A DNA stretch of 64,000 bases, from contig OZ024742.1 of NCBI GenBank assembly GCA_964016885.1, positions 240,560,001 through 240,624,000 on the forward strand, read 5' to 3'. This document shows positions 1 through 12,114 of this stretch, in pieces. The translations under genes and the position numbers were made by a program. The notes under the pieces are model-generated. The model was not told the DNA's origin and made no database searches. It saw nothing but the letters and a program-made list of their open reading frames with translations. The stretch comes from Eledone cirrhosa (taxonomy: Eukaryota). Position 1 is the stretch's first letter. Every line of letters starts with the position of its first letter.

Positions 1-760
1 ATCACTTCCTTCCACCCCTATTTTCTTCCTTGTCTGCTTTCCCCTTTCGCCTACCCCGATGCAGCCCATCGGGCCTCTGTAGTATCAGTTACCCCACCCC
101 TGTAATTTTAAGATAGAATTGGTCGATTACGTTTTACTAACTACTTATAACAGATGTGTTAAACCCCTTTAATTTTGTATTAGTTTTGTTACTACTCAAT
201 TTCTATAAGTTTTTTTCTATTCTCAATTGTAATTGTAAGATAGCATTGTGATTTTTTTTATTCATTTCTCACTATCTAATTTTATATTTTTTTATATATT
301 TTTTTATTTCTTTCTATTATCTTTTATTGTCTCCTACTCTCATTCGATTTACCTATTCTATAACCTCCCTCCTCCATTTCATACACTATCCTTAGATTCT
401 GCTGTATACATATCACTTTCAACGCTTGACTGCTCCACTCACTCCCTATTGTTCTACAGGCAAGTTCAGCCACCCCCACCTCTCACCAAATGACATGATA
501 GACTTATTTGTGTTTACAACAAATTTTAACCAATCCTCTTGACAACTACAATCTTCCCATATAAGGAAGTACCCCCTTGACAAGTTCGGCTATTTATTCA
601 CCAGGCTAAAAATTCTAATTTAGTCCAGAAATAGCCGTTGAAACGGCTTGAGCTCTGCCATTGGGGTCATACTTTTTCCTACTTCCCACTCTACTACCCT
701 AAGTATTGAGTACTCTGGTGTGTTATGGTCCATCTAGTTCCTTACCACAATTCCTTTGTT
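1..760 (+). mobile_element. Probable decayed 3' tail/pLTR of a Penelope-like element
   Basis: Pyrimidine-rich tail ending at (TA)n. Contains a hammerhead relic (cttgacaag ttcggcta...tagccgtt GAAA cggc) whose 3' half recurs at 44477-44525. Confidence 0.35.
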
Positions 761-1789
761 ATATATATATATGTATATATATTTATTTATTTACACTATA
801 TTTATACTGCTCATATCCTGAAACTGCTAACTATAGAAATATAGTTACCTGAAGGTTATGATCTAACCATACACATTTAATTAGGTTATGTTGATGGCCT
901 TAAACACCTTAAATTTAACATCACAATAACAACAAGCATTTGAGGCCATTTTTGCTGCTAAAGCAAGAGTTAGCTTTGCATGGGGAGTGTAGGTATGACA
1001 AATTTCTCCACTTTACCCTATTGTATTTTCAGTATTCCGTTGCCATACTACCTCTCCTGGCTTTCATTTCCTCCTTCATCATCCCATGCCATTTCTTGAT
1101 CTTCCCCTACCTATTTTTCTTTCTCCATTAATTTCCATCACTTCTCTTACTCAGTTACTTTCATTGCCGTATTTCATTTAATCATTTGATTACAACCCGG
1201 GCCAAACCAGCTCTGATTCTTTGAAACAAAACCAATCTTTTTAAAGAGTTCCTATACAAATTAGAATTTTTCAAACATAATTTTATATCAGAACTATGTG
1301 ATTATTGGCAACATCATTAGCAGTGTCTTTCTTTAGATTTATGGTAATAAAAGTGACTGTGTCCCACAAGTGAGCAATTGGGATGTTCTGTGTGGGCCTT
1401 TGATCCTTTCAAATATCTATATATAAGATATAATATAATATGATATAACATACATGTGGGCCTTGGTCAACATTTAGAAATATCAAAAATGGCTCATTAC
1501 AAAAACAGTTGTTGATCCCTTGACTAATAATATCAACTTGGTCAAAACTGGCCCTGGTTCTATGAAACAAAACCACATGTTTTAAAGGGCTCTTATTTAA
1601 ATTAAAATCTTTTAACATCATTTTATATAAGAACTATAAGTCAAGTTGCAATCTTAGCAATTAAATAACTAATAATTTTAGTAAATCCCTCAAGGTTCTT
1701 AATTTATTAAAATAGAGTGTGTTTCATTAAAAATACAGTTACGAATGTGCTAAGTATCTAATGCTTTTTTGTTTTATTTCTGCTTCCAG

Positions 1790-1885
1790 GCTTTAGAGAA
1801 TATATGTTTAAAGAATGGATGGGGTACTCCAGTTTATCATCTATTAACTACCAACATAGGGGGCTATCAATGTTATATTTTTAAG
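1790..1885 (+). CDS. Internal exon of an A1CF/RBM46/RBM47-family RNA-binding protein gene; first half of the C-terminal dsRBD-like (DND1_DSRM) domain
   Basis: Pyrimidine tract + cag| acceptor and AAG|gtaatt donor; 96 nt, phase 0/0. Encodes ALENICLKNGWGTPVYHLLTTNIGGYQCYIFK, matching the A1CF motif (I)LEEICQKNNWGQPVYQL...FLYK recalled from knowledge. Paralog not resolvable from this part. Confidence 0.9.
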
Positions 1886-2574
1886 GTAATTGTACTCTTT
1901 ATTAAATAAAAGAAAAACAAACAAAATTTGATAGAGTGCTAGAAATAGTGTGCTAGATTTAAACCTTTTGGCACCTGGTATTGCGGCTGCTAGATGGTAC
2001 CAGCAATGGAAAGACCAATGGAAATATTGTTTTTTTGGGTCTGATTTGATGAATTTCACTCCACTTGGTACGCGAATGAAGTTTGGGATCTTGTCAATCA
2101 ATTTGGTTGATTGATCGGTACCAAACTACCTGAAACCATTCCTGATTTTACAATACAAAACTATTTGTTTTAAGGTGTTTACATTTATTTAAAAACTTGC
2201 CATCATAATTTTATCAAAGGACTTTTATTAAGTTATGTTTCAAACATCAGCTTAGTAATGAGAAAGTTAATTATATTACTAAATTTCTCCAAAATCTTGA
2301 ATATTTTGAAAAATTTATGCTATATTTTTCTTAGAAATATGGTAGCAAAAGGATTAATGTTTCCGTGTTAAGTTTCATTCCTTTTTTTATCCTAAGTTAA
2401 ATTCCTGCTCAAGCTAACTTTGCCTTTCATCTCCTGGAGGTCAATACAATATTACAGTCAATTTTGTTGACTAAAGCTTTCTACTAAGATCTGGAGATAA
2501 TGTAGGTTAGAGGGAAGTTTTTAATCTTGTTGGCAACTACTTCTATACTGATAGTGGTTGACTGCTTAGCGCAC

Positions 2575-3110
2575 TTCATCATCATCATCACTGTTTAACA
2601 TACATTTTTCCATGCTAGCATGGGTTAGAAGAGTTGTCTCATTTGAGACAAGTCAGTTCAGGTGACTGTCTTGCTCATGCAGAACTGTTTCTGGCTTAGT
2701 TTCTATGGCTGGATTCCCTTCCTAATGCCGACAACCCTTACAGTGTGGACTGAGTGCCTTTTGTTGTGTCACCAACATGACCATTTTACTGTGTGGGCTG
2801 GGTGCTTTTTATTGTGTCACCAACACAATGACTTTACAGTGTGGACTGGGTCCTTTTTGTGGGCTGGATTCCCTTCCTAATGCCAACAACCCTTACAGTG
2901 TGGACTGAGTGCCTTTTGTCGTGTCACCAACATGACCACTTTACTATGTGGGCTTTTATTGTATCACCAACACGATTTTACAGTGTGGACTGGGTACTTT
3001 TTGTGGTGGCACCAAAACAACTTTAAATTGTGAACTGGGGGCTGAAGTGGATGGGTAGGTGTCAAGACGTGGGTAAAGGGTAGTGTGTTATGGATGGAGT
3101 CCAAACGTCT
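2575..3110 (-). repeat. RTE-associated 3' repeat with internal ~38-bp minisatellite (partly duplicated)
   Basis: Repeated tttacagtgtggactgggtgcttttt..tgtcaccaacatgacc units; (CAT)n end; same motifs at 12600-12830, 18400-18610, 26520-26900, 41580-41900. Confidence 0.7.
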
Positions 3111-3249
3111 TAATATATATCTTAATTAACTACCAACACTAGTGATAATTATATGCAAATTAGTATGTCTATTTCAGAATACTACTAAGAGTGAATGGCT
3201 ATATAAGCCCATCAAATATGTGTTTCCTTGTGGTTGTTTAGATGATATA

Positions 3250-3297
3250 TACATCTTCTGATGAGGGTTCATTAAATCCGAAAATCAATTAAATGTA
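3250..3297 (+). ncRNA. Partly degenerate type-I hammerhead motif (intronic, sense to host gene)
   Basis: tacatctt CUGAUGA ggg-ttcattaaa-tcc GAAA atcaat UA/ aatgta; core intact, bulged stem I. Confidence 0.45.
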
Positions 3298-3411
3298 TTT
3301 ATCATTTTCAGTTTACAAGGGAAATTAATATTTTTTGGCATGTTTACATGTCTTCATATAACAATATGTATATTTATATACACACATTAGTGCAGTCTCA
3401 GTTACCCACTC

Positions 3412-3447
<36 letters not shown>

Positions 3448-3734
3448 CAGATATAACTTAATCGTACATTTTCGACTGTTTACAACACTTCTTAATATAT
3501 ATTAACATTTAAATTAAATCTGCCATTAAATTAAATCTTCAAGACCTTCACAGAGGTACTCCCTTGATAATGGGTTTTTAAACCGGAAAATATTTGGGAT
3601 AATTAAATTTGCTATGGTAAAATTCTGTCGTTATCTTAGGACCTGTAATTTTATAATGCATTGTATGGCTTTTAAAATTATTTAAATTTATATTTCCTAT
3701 TCAACAATGCTTCAAGCAAACTACAACATCATGA

Positions 3735-4262
3735 TGATCATCATCATCATCATTTTACGTCCGCTTTTCCCTGCTTGCAAGGGTGGGACGGGTCTTATTC
3801 AGCACAGCATCTGTCCACTTGTCACGGTCCTTCGTCATCTCCACCGTGAGCTTCAGCGATCTGAGGTCTGTTCACACCACCTCAGCCCATATTTTTCGTG
3901 ATCTACCTCTACTACGTCTTCCTTCAACTGGCATTTCCCTGCACTTCTTCACCCATCGGTCATCCTCCATGTGCATCACATGTCCATTCCACTGCAGTCT
4001 CCTCTCTCGCACACTACATTCTATCTCTCTCAGACACAGTTTCTCTCTCAACACATCCATGCTGGGTCGTTCACGCACATTGACATTGCACATCCAATGG
4101 AGCATGCTCGCCTCATTTTTCTCCAGCCGTCGCATATCCTCTGCAGTTGCTGCCCATGTCTCATTACCATGCAGCATCGCGCTCCTCACACAGGCATCAT
4201 ATAATCGGCCTTTCGTACGCAGAGAGAGGCATCATATAACCGACCTTTCGTACGCAGGGAGA
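3735..4262 (-). mobile_element. RTE-clade LINE 3' fragment
   Basis: ORF 3872-4189: VRSAMLHGNETWA...RRLEKNEASMLHWMC...RRLQWNGHV...GRRSRGR, a typical RTE C-terminus; (GAT)n tail; ~35-bp tandem duplication at 4192-4258. Confidence 0.9.
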
Positions 4263-4513
4263 AACCCTTCTGATACACTCTGATACATATATATATATGT
4301 ATATTTGTATGCATGTGTATATATTTTCCACCCTACCTGTCTCTTCAATCTTTCTATTTCTTCTTTAATTTCTCATTTTATTTTCTGATAAAAGACTAGC
4401 ATCTGAAACGTTAAGACTCTTTTCTTACTATATCAAGTGTAAAACTAATAATATATTTCTTCATTGTACTGTGTCGTTTGCTTTGTTCTTTCGGTTTGCC
4501 TTTTGCATATATA

Positions 4514-5421
4514 CGAGGGCAATCCCAAAAGTAAGGTCTCCAAAGCGATGGGGACGCAGAGAAACTGTTCGTACGGCTGTTGGCAACACTGTTGTGATTG
4601 GTGCTTCCTTCACTCCCAAACAAGCATGCGCGCACTTTGCTGGGATACTCAATGTTGGCTTGGCAGCCGTTGAGAATGGAGCTCCCGTTGAACACTACCG
4701 CCAAGTGCGAAGTTCGCGCAGTTATTCGGTTTTTGAACGCAAAAGGCGTTGAACCGATTGAAATTCATCACCAATTGACGGAAGTGTATGGACAGTCATG
4801 TATGGATGTCAAAAACGTTCGCAACTGGTGTAGAGAGTTTACAGCCGGTCGCACTGAAATTCACGACGAACAAAGGAGCGGGAGACCGTCATTTTCCGAC
4901 GAGACAGTCGCAAAGGTTGACGAAAACATGCGTAAAGATCGGCGGATCACTCTGGATGCTTCTCTGCATTTTGGTTCCTGGGGTTTCCTGAAGCACCATC
5001 CACAGGACTTTAACGGAAGAATTGCGACTGTCTCGTCGGAAATTGACGGTCTCCCGCTCCTTTGTTTGTCGTGAATTTCAGTACGACCGGCTGTAAACTC
5101 TCTACACCACTTGCGAACGTTTTTGACATCCATGCACGACTGTCCATACACTTCCGTCAATTGGCGATGAATTTCAATCGGTTCAATGCCTTTTGCGTTC
5201 AAAAACCGAATAACTGCACGAACTTCACACTTGGCGGTAGTGTTCAACGGGAGCTCCATTCTCAACGGCTGCCAAGCCAACATTGAGTATCCCAGCGAAG
5301 TGCGCGCATGCTTGTTTGGGAGTGAAGGAAGCACCAATCACAACAGTGTTGCCAACAGCTGTACGAACAGTTTCTCTGCGTCCCCATCGCTTTGGAGACC
5401 TTACTTTTGGGATTACCCTCG
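4514..5421. mobile_element. Mariner-derived fold-back element made of two head-out copies of the 5' end (TIR plus transposase HTH)
   Basis: TA|CGAGGG(c/t)AATCCCAAAAGTAAGG termini on both sides; ~400-bp inverted arms each encoding EVRAVIRFL..K..EIH.QL.EVYG...VR.WCREF..GR....D..RSGRP; no DD34D domain. Confidence 0.92.
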
Positions 5422-5544
5422 TATATATATATACAAATAGAAGGTTAGTAAAATCGAAGTTATGACAGTGGCCAAGCTAACGAGATACAATTAGGTTTGC
5501 ACAAAAGCACTCAATAAGGATGTATCGATGAATCGATAGGCTGC

Positions 5545-5900
5545 ACCTATCATCATCATTTTACGTCTGCTTTTCCTTGCTTGCAAGGGTGGGACGGGTC
5601 TTATTAAGCACAGCATCTCTTCATTCGTCATGGTCTCTTGTCATCTCCTCCATGAGCTTCAGTGATCTGAGGTCTGCTCTCACCACCTCCGCCCACGTTT
5701 TTTTATATATATATGTGCACCATTATCACACATATATGTGCATATATATGTGTGATAATGGTGCACTTGACCTCACCGATGAGAGACTGATGAATGAGAA
5801 GAATGCATGGGAGGAAGATAGTCTGCCTCATGTAGACCCAATAGAGAGACCAGTCTGTCGCAGCATAGTAAGTAAGGCAATTAAGGATATGAAGACTGTA
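5545..5900. mobile_element. Two small RTE fragments (3' end on -, pre-RT piece on +)
   Basis: 5550-5700 matches 3745-3900; 5780-5900 encodes ERLMNEKNAW...VSKAIKDMKT. Confidence 0.65.
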
Positions 5901-6009
5901 TTTTTTTAAATAGGGAGAAAGCCTTTGTTTACAACAGAGGAAGTAGCTCTCTAAACTTATTTCATTGTATCTTTATTCTAGCTCATATGCTCTCAGAGCA
6001 CCCTCATCC

Positions 6010-6545
6010 ATCGTTGTTGTTGTCTTCCTCCTTCTTTTTTCTTCTTTATTTGTGAGAGGGTCTTGGGAGCAGAGTCCTCAAACACTCCTTCCAATGGGTC
6101 TGGTCAGAAACAATCGTCTCCAACTTATCCAGCTAGATCCCCAACCAAGACCAACCAAGCTCATGGGTGTTATCTGACCATCTTGCTCGGGGTTTACCCC
6201 TGAGTCTCCTACTAGTTGGTTTTGCCCGTAAAATCTGTCCAGTGATTCTTTCCTGAGACATTCTAACTATATACCCATAAGTATCGGAGCTGTGATCTCT
6301 CAATTCAGAGAAATAGTGGCTCTACCTGGAGTGACTCTCTCATCTCGGAGCTACGAACTCTATTGAGTAACGTTACTGCAAAGGTCCTTTGGAGGAAACC
6401 CATTTCAGCTGCTTGTATTCGCGATCGTATTCTTTTGGTCATCACCCAAGGTTCATAAGGGTTGGCATGGATACCAAATTGAAGATAGCAAGTTTGGCTT
6501 TTACAGTTACCTCCTCTCTTCTCAGAACAGGTCACAGGTGGGGGA
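6010..6545 (-). mobile_element. Rex3/Expander-like RTE LINE, 3' fragment
   Basis: YEPWVMTKRIRSRIQAAEMGFLQR...RVRSSEMRESLQVEPLFL, followed by an A-rich/(AAC)n tail. Confidence 0.8.
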
Positions 6546-6559
6546 TAGTGATATATGGC

Positions 6560-8035
6560 CACCAAATATGATAGTTAGTTGTGATAGAAGCAGGCAACTG
6601 CTGGACGAATAAGCAACCCCTGACAGTAAATTACTAGGGGAGATGGAGCAATGGGTGACACCTGTCACTCCCAAGAAGACTCACAATCCAGTGACATAGC
6701 TATGACGAGGCAAGTAAAGGCCACCCCTAAAAAAGCCTAATCTTTGTGGGTTTGACAAAGTACTAGATTGATGACTGGCGCAAATAAGACCCAAAACTGC
6801 AATTACAATATGGTGAGAGGAACAAAAAAGAACTTATACTGCATCGTCCTTTGCACGGGTTAACAAGGGACATGTTCAGGCCTTAGGTAGAGGAGCCTGT
6901 TTGAAAAATATATTGCAGTCTCCATTTCATGCCTCAAAAACTGGCGATGGGCCTGCGACCTGTCCTAGGAGGTGGGGATGGATGCACAAAGATTGCTGAT
7001 ATCCTGAGACTCCAAAAAGTGTTCGGAAGGGAGCAAACCTTGACAATTGGAATATCATAACCCTTACAGGTAAGGAGCAGGAGCTAGTGGAGGAGGCTAA
7101 ATGCTACCAGCTAGATATAGTTGGGGTTTCCTCAACAAAGTTCCATGGCTCAGATACTGTAGATTTGGATGGAGGATGAAAACTCCACTATTCAGGTGTG
7201 GCACCAGAAATAACTGCACAGGCGGGAGTGGGGATACTCACAAGCCTCTGGTTATCAGAATGTGTTATAGACTGAATCCAATTAGGAGGAAGGATTTTCC
7301 TCTTGTGGGTGATGCAAGTTTATGAATCAAACAAGGAGCCCGAATACAGGTCCTTTCTTGATGAAGTAACTGCAGCATTAGATGTAGTTAAGATTGAGTT
7401 ATATATCCTGATGGGAGACTTCAATGCACATGCTGGCACTGACCACCTGACATGGAATAAGTGATTGGAAGGAATGGCGATCCCAATCTAAATACAAATG
7501 GTGAGGCCTTACTAGACTTCTGTTCTAGCAATGGACTGTCTATTATGAACACCTTTCAGCACAGAGATATCCATAACTATACAAGGTATAAAGGGAATCA
7601 GGGACACAGATCAATAATTGATTTTGTTATTGTCTCTGATCTCTTTGATTTTGTGCTGGATGTTCATGTTAAGAGAGGTGCTGAGCTGTCAACTGACCAC
7701 CATCTATTTATCTGCACCTTGAGACTATCTAAAGCCAATGAAGCCCACAAAATTGACAGGTCCAGGGCAACCTACAGAATAATGTGGGAATCATCGGTGG
7801 ATAAGGAAGTCAGGATCAGGTATGTAGATACTATTGCATCTATATTCAGAGAACTCTCTGAGTAAACTGAAGATTTTGAGATAGAGTGGAGATTGTTCAG
7901 CTTCTGCTTCAGCTGTTCAGTTATGATGGCGAAAGGGGCTTTGTATGGCACTAGATGACAGGCGGACCCCTTGGTTCAATCAAGAGGTCAAAGATGCCAT
8001 TTGAGCCAAGAAGGAGGCCTACAAATCCTGACTAT
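6560..8035 (+). mobile_element. Rex3/Expander-like RTE LINE, 5' UTR plus AP-endonuclease region (decayed)
   Basis: Frameshifted ..WNIITLTGKEQELVEEAK.YQLDIVGVSSTK..DGGWKLHYSGV..GDFNAH..N.NG..LL.FC..N.L.I.NT.F..RSIIDF..GAELSTDHHL. Confidence 0.85.
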
Positions 8036-8061
8036 AAAAATAGTCGATCACTATAAATAGT

Positions 8062-8125
8062 TATAAAAAAATAAAAAAATAAAAAAATAAAAAAATAAAA
8101 AAATAAAAAAATAAAAAAATAAAAA
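8062..8125. repeat. (AAAAAAAT)n tandem repeat
   Basis: Direct reading. Confidence 0.9.
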
Positions 8126-8453
8126 TCGATTTTTATTATTATTATAGTCATCTGCATAGGGACGACTGCATTTCAAATTTTCCCAATGCTCTTTGCTATG
8201 ATTTTTATGGCTGGATGTCTTTCTTAATACCAATCACTTTATAACGTGTACTGGTTGCATTTTATCTGTGACATGGTCACCAATGAAGTTGTGACTTCAG
8301 AAGAGTGAATACAAGCAATAATAGGAGAGGGTGGTGAGATTGTGACAGAAGAGGGGTAGGGTAATGGTAGTTATATACTTGTTACTGAGAGAGGGGTGGA
8401 TGTATGTGAGAGCCAGAACAAATGTTTAAACATTGTTTTGTTTACTATTGTAG

Positions 8454-8595
8454 GTCACTTTACCTAGTATATCTGGTTCTCATGTACCCTTTACAAATGG
8501 ATGGCAACCCAGATTATTTAGCCGCACTATAGAGGAAGCCAAGATCTGTGCAGCAGAACATGTTCTTCAACAGTTGAGATATCATAATGAACAGG
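8454..8595 (+). CDS. Next exon of the A1CF/RBM46/47-family gene; second half of the dsRBD-like domain
   Basis: tgtag| acceptor, CAGG|gtaagt donor; 142 nt, phase 0/1. Encodes VTLPSISGSHVPFTNGWQPRLFSRTIEEAKICAAEHVLQQLRYHNEQ(G), resembling A1CF ITIPAL...PFTPPKLSAFVDEAKTYAAEYTLQTLG. In frame with exon 1790-1885. Confidence 0.9.
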
Positions 8596-8759
8596 GTAAG
8601 TATACGATACATACTATGGTTCCTTTCTTTTATCATCTTTTATCTTTATTGATTTAGATTGAAAAGTTTAGCAGGATGGTCTTCAAGCTGATATTATTTA
8701 CAATAAATTTGTTGGCAATCCCTAGGGTTTAAAAAGTCTAAAGTCTGTTTTGAATCTGA

Positions 8760-9020
8760 GGCTCATCAGGCCGCTGCTTATCCTAGTTTCCATAGCATAA
8801 AGCAACTGAAAGTACAAGACTCCCCTCTGGACAAGATGAGACTCCACCGCAGAGTTAAACCCCCAGCCATTGCTGGTACTCATTTCCAACTGAGTATACT
8901 GGATCAAAGTGAAATGAAGTGTTTTTCTCAAGAACACAATGCACAAACCAGTCTAGGAATCAAACCCACGACATTACGATTGTAAGTCCAACACCCTTAC
9001 CACTTGGCCCTGCACCCCTT
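8760..9020 (-). mobile_element. tRNA-derived SINE (family 2); relatives at ~10285-10500, 10565-10920, 14110-14400, 15220-15530, 15540-15760, 20715-20985, 23777-23990
   Basis: Head gtgtggcttagtggttag...ttcgattcc (A/B-box-like) followed by tgtccttgagcaaggcacttt shared by all copies. Confidence 0.65.
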
Positions 9021-11082
9021 ATGGCTGGCATTTAATTTATGTGGACCCACATGTACCACTAAATTTAAATTTTATGAATTTATATGTGTATATTATATTA
9101 CTGTGTATTATTCTGACTAGATAACAAGGCAGTTTAATGTTTCTTAGTAAAAAGACTAGGTTTTATTTTTTTTGTGTGTTTGGGGGTTCTGTGATACTTC
9201 ATTTGAAATGGGACAGAGTAGCTTGTAATGATAATATCATGATTAGGGGGTTTATCAACTGGAAATAGTTTATTGAATATCTTCTATATTGGACAAATAA
9301 ATTGATTATTCATGTAAATGATAACTATATCTATGATAATTATTTGCATTCTTCTGATTTAAGTATTAACTATTGTTTTCACCCATAGGAAATACCTAAC
9401 CCCTTGTGATATGGAGATTTTTTTTTTCTATGATCATAGTCTTCTTCTCTATTCTTTGCGTTCAAACTGAGGAATAAATATTTTCTTATCTTATCTTATC
9501 ATCTATGTCAGAAAGGTGATATGCTATGCTAACAAGTACTCAAAAGTTCAAGAGAGTATAATCTTTATGAGTATGAGGTTTTGAAAAACTGAAAAATGTC
9601 ATATAAGATCTAAATGTACAAGTGTTTCTTGTAAGGAGAAGGCTCAGTTAACATGGGTATAAACATTGTGAAGAATTGTCTTTGTTTAATATTCTTAAAA
9701 AATTAGAGACAGTGTACTGGGTGTGTTTTATCATGGCACCAGTACTATTGCACTTACAGCAAATTTATTCATTTTTAATTTTAGAGTTTTCTGGGTTTTA
9801 TCAAGTTTTGGGATTTTATCATCAAAGTGTAAAATGCAATTATTTAAAACACCATTTTGTTACCAAAGACTGGGTCTTTTGATTATGATATGCCCACCTT
9901 TCCTTTAAATAAACTCTTGTCATTCCCCTTTGAACTATCTTTTGCAGTTGAAATTTTGCAGGGTTTGAGAAAGTTAGTTATTTTACTAAATTCCTTCAAA
10001 TTTTATTATTATTTTTTTTTAATTATTACAAAACCACAGGAAGTGTCTTTCATTAGAAATTTGGTAATGAAAGGGTTAAATTATAGTATGTCGATGAAGT
10101 TGTATATTATCATAGTAGCAAAGGTTACGAATCAAGCTACTACTGCTAGACTATAGACGTTGAAATTACAGTCAAGATTAGATAAATCTACTATAGAAGT
10201 AGGTTAACAATTTACTTACTAACTAAAATTGCTGTATCACATGTCTTCTGAGGTTTTTGCTCTTCTTATAATTATTATCACTGTGTGAAGGTGTGTGGCT
10301 TAGTGGTTAGAGAATTGAAGTCACAATGATGCAGATGTGAGTTTGATTTCTGGACTGGGCGATGCGTTATGTCCTTGAGCAAGGCACTTTATTTTATGTT
10401 GCTCTTTCTGCCAGGAGTTGCGACCAGTATATAGTATCAGCAATGGAAAGATCAATAGAAACATTGTTTCCTTGGTCCGATTGGACTAGTTACACCCCAC
10501 TTGGTAAGCAAATGAGGTCTGGGATCCTGTTGATTGCTCTTTTGCTTCTTGCATCACTATGTGAACACAGCATGGCTAAATGGTTAAGAAGTTTACTTTG
10601 CAATCATTAGGTCCTGGGTTCAGTCTCACAGTGTGGCATCTTGAGCAAGTATTATTTATCATAAACATTGAGTCAGCTCATGCCTTGTGAGTGAAAATGT
10701 GTTGATGGAAACTGTTCAGAAGCCTCTCAGATAGACAGTACCTGGAATTCAAAAGGTCTGTTTAGTTACACACTGTCCTGCAGAAGCTCCCTGAGAATGA
10801 CATTAAAAGTACATGTGTTTGAGGAATGCTCAGTCACTTGTATGTTAATTTCATGAGTTGGCTCTACTATTGATTGAACAACTGGAACACTCATCGTCAA
10901 AATCAACAGATGTCCATTCCATATTAGTGCTGCCCCGAATCCTCAATCTAAGATAGACATACCCATGTACGTATTTTTGTTATAAACTCACACTTGTAGC
11001 AACATTAACCCTTTCAATACCAATATCATCATATGCCTGTGGCAACTCTGTTCCTATCATAAAAAAATAAAAATGTTCATCT

Positions 11083-11296
11083 TTAACCCTTTAGCATTTA
11101 AACTGGCTGTATCTGGCCAGAATTCTCTCACTTTTTTCTGTTCAAACCAGCTGTAACTGGCCACTCATACTGATGTTAAGGTATTGCTCTCAAAATCTCA
11201 TAGATTTGATATTATGTGACATGATTATGTGAGGTAAAGCCTTTACCGTGAAAATACAACAGTATATATAGAGTAATGTCAATGCTAAAGGGTTAA
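11083..11296 (-). mobile_element. piggyBac-type MITE (~210 bp)
   Basis: TTAA|CCCTTTAGCATT...AATGCTAAAGGG|TTAA. Confidence 0.85.
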
Positions 11297-11699
11297 ACTA
11301 AAAACTTCTATCATAATTTTATGTAAACACTTTTTTTAATTTTATTTCTAAACAATCAGGGTCATGTTAACCTATCCTTTTACACTAAAGAGAAATAGAT
11401 GGGCCTTTTAGTCCCTGCAGGGTACCTAGGCTTCAGGTTAGTCAGCTTTATGAAAATATGGCTCCACATACAATAGCCACTACTGTGAATCAGACTCTGT
11501 ATCTCTTGAATTCCATAATTCCTAATTTGGACAGAAACTGTGGTCAGCTTCCATATGACATAAAAGTAACATACATAGTTTGAGTCTCTGTAGTGGCTGA
11601 TGGCTACTTATTTTCTGTCCCTAACTCTATTATCATTATAGAGAATCATTCAAATGCCTTGGTAGATTATAAGATATATAAATCTTAAAATATTGTAAA

Positions 11700-11913
11700 T
11701 TAACCCATTAGCATTTACATTACTCTATATTTACTATCATATTTTCACGGTAAAGACTTTACCTCACATAATTATCTCACATAATATTGAATCTATGAGA
11801 TTTTGAGAAAAATACTTTAACATAAGTATGAGCAGCTGGTTACAGCCAGTTTGAATAGAAAGAGATGAGAGAATTTTAGCCAGCTACGGCTGGTTTAAAT
11901 GCTAAAGGGTTAA
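11700..11913 (+). mobile_element. piggyBac-type MITE, same family, opposite orientation
   Basis: TTAA TSD, same TIR; internal sequence is the reverse complement of 11083-11296. Confidence 0.85.
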
Positions 11914-12114
11914 GGGTATTTTACCTGATTTTCTAACTCTATTATCATTATAGCGAATCATCCATATGCCTTGAGAAATCATAAGATTTACATATAATCA
12001 TCAATTCATTTTATGTCTGCTTTTCCCTGCTTGCAAGGGTGGGACGAGAACTGATTCTAGCTTGATTTCTACAGCTGGATGCCCTTCCTAACACCAACCT
12101 CATATATAAATATA

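Noticed and set aside
2690-3040. Regularly spaced ~38-bp repeats resembling a CRISPR array
   Set aside because: No unique spacers, eukaryotic context, no cas genes; minisatellite of an RTE-associated repeat.
4383-4415. Hammerhead-like ctgataa aga-ctagca-tct gaaacgtta
   Set aside because: Core G is mutated and stem I is minimal; counted only as a relic.
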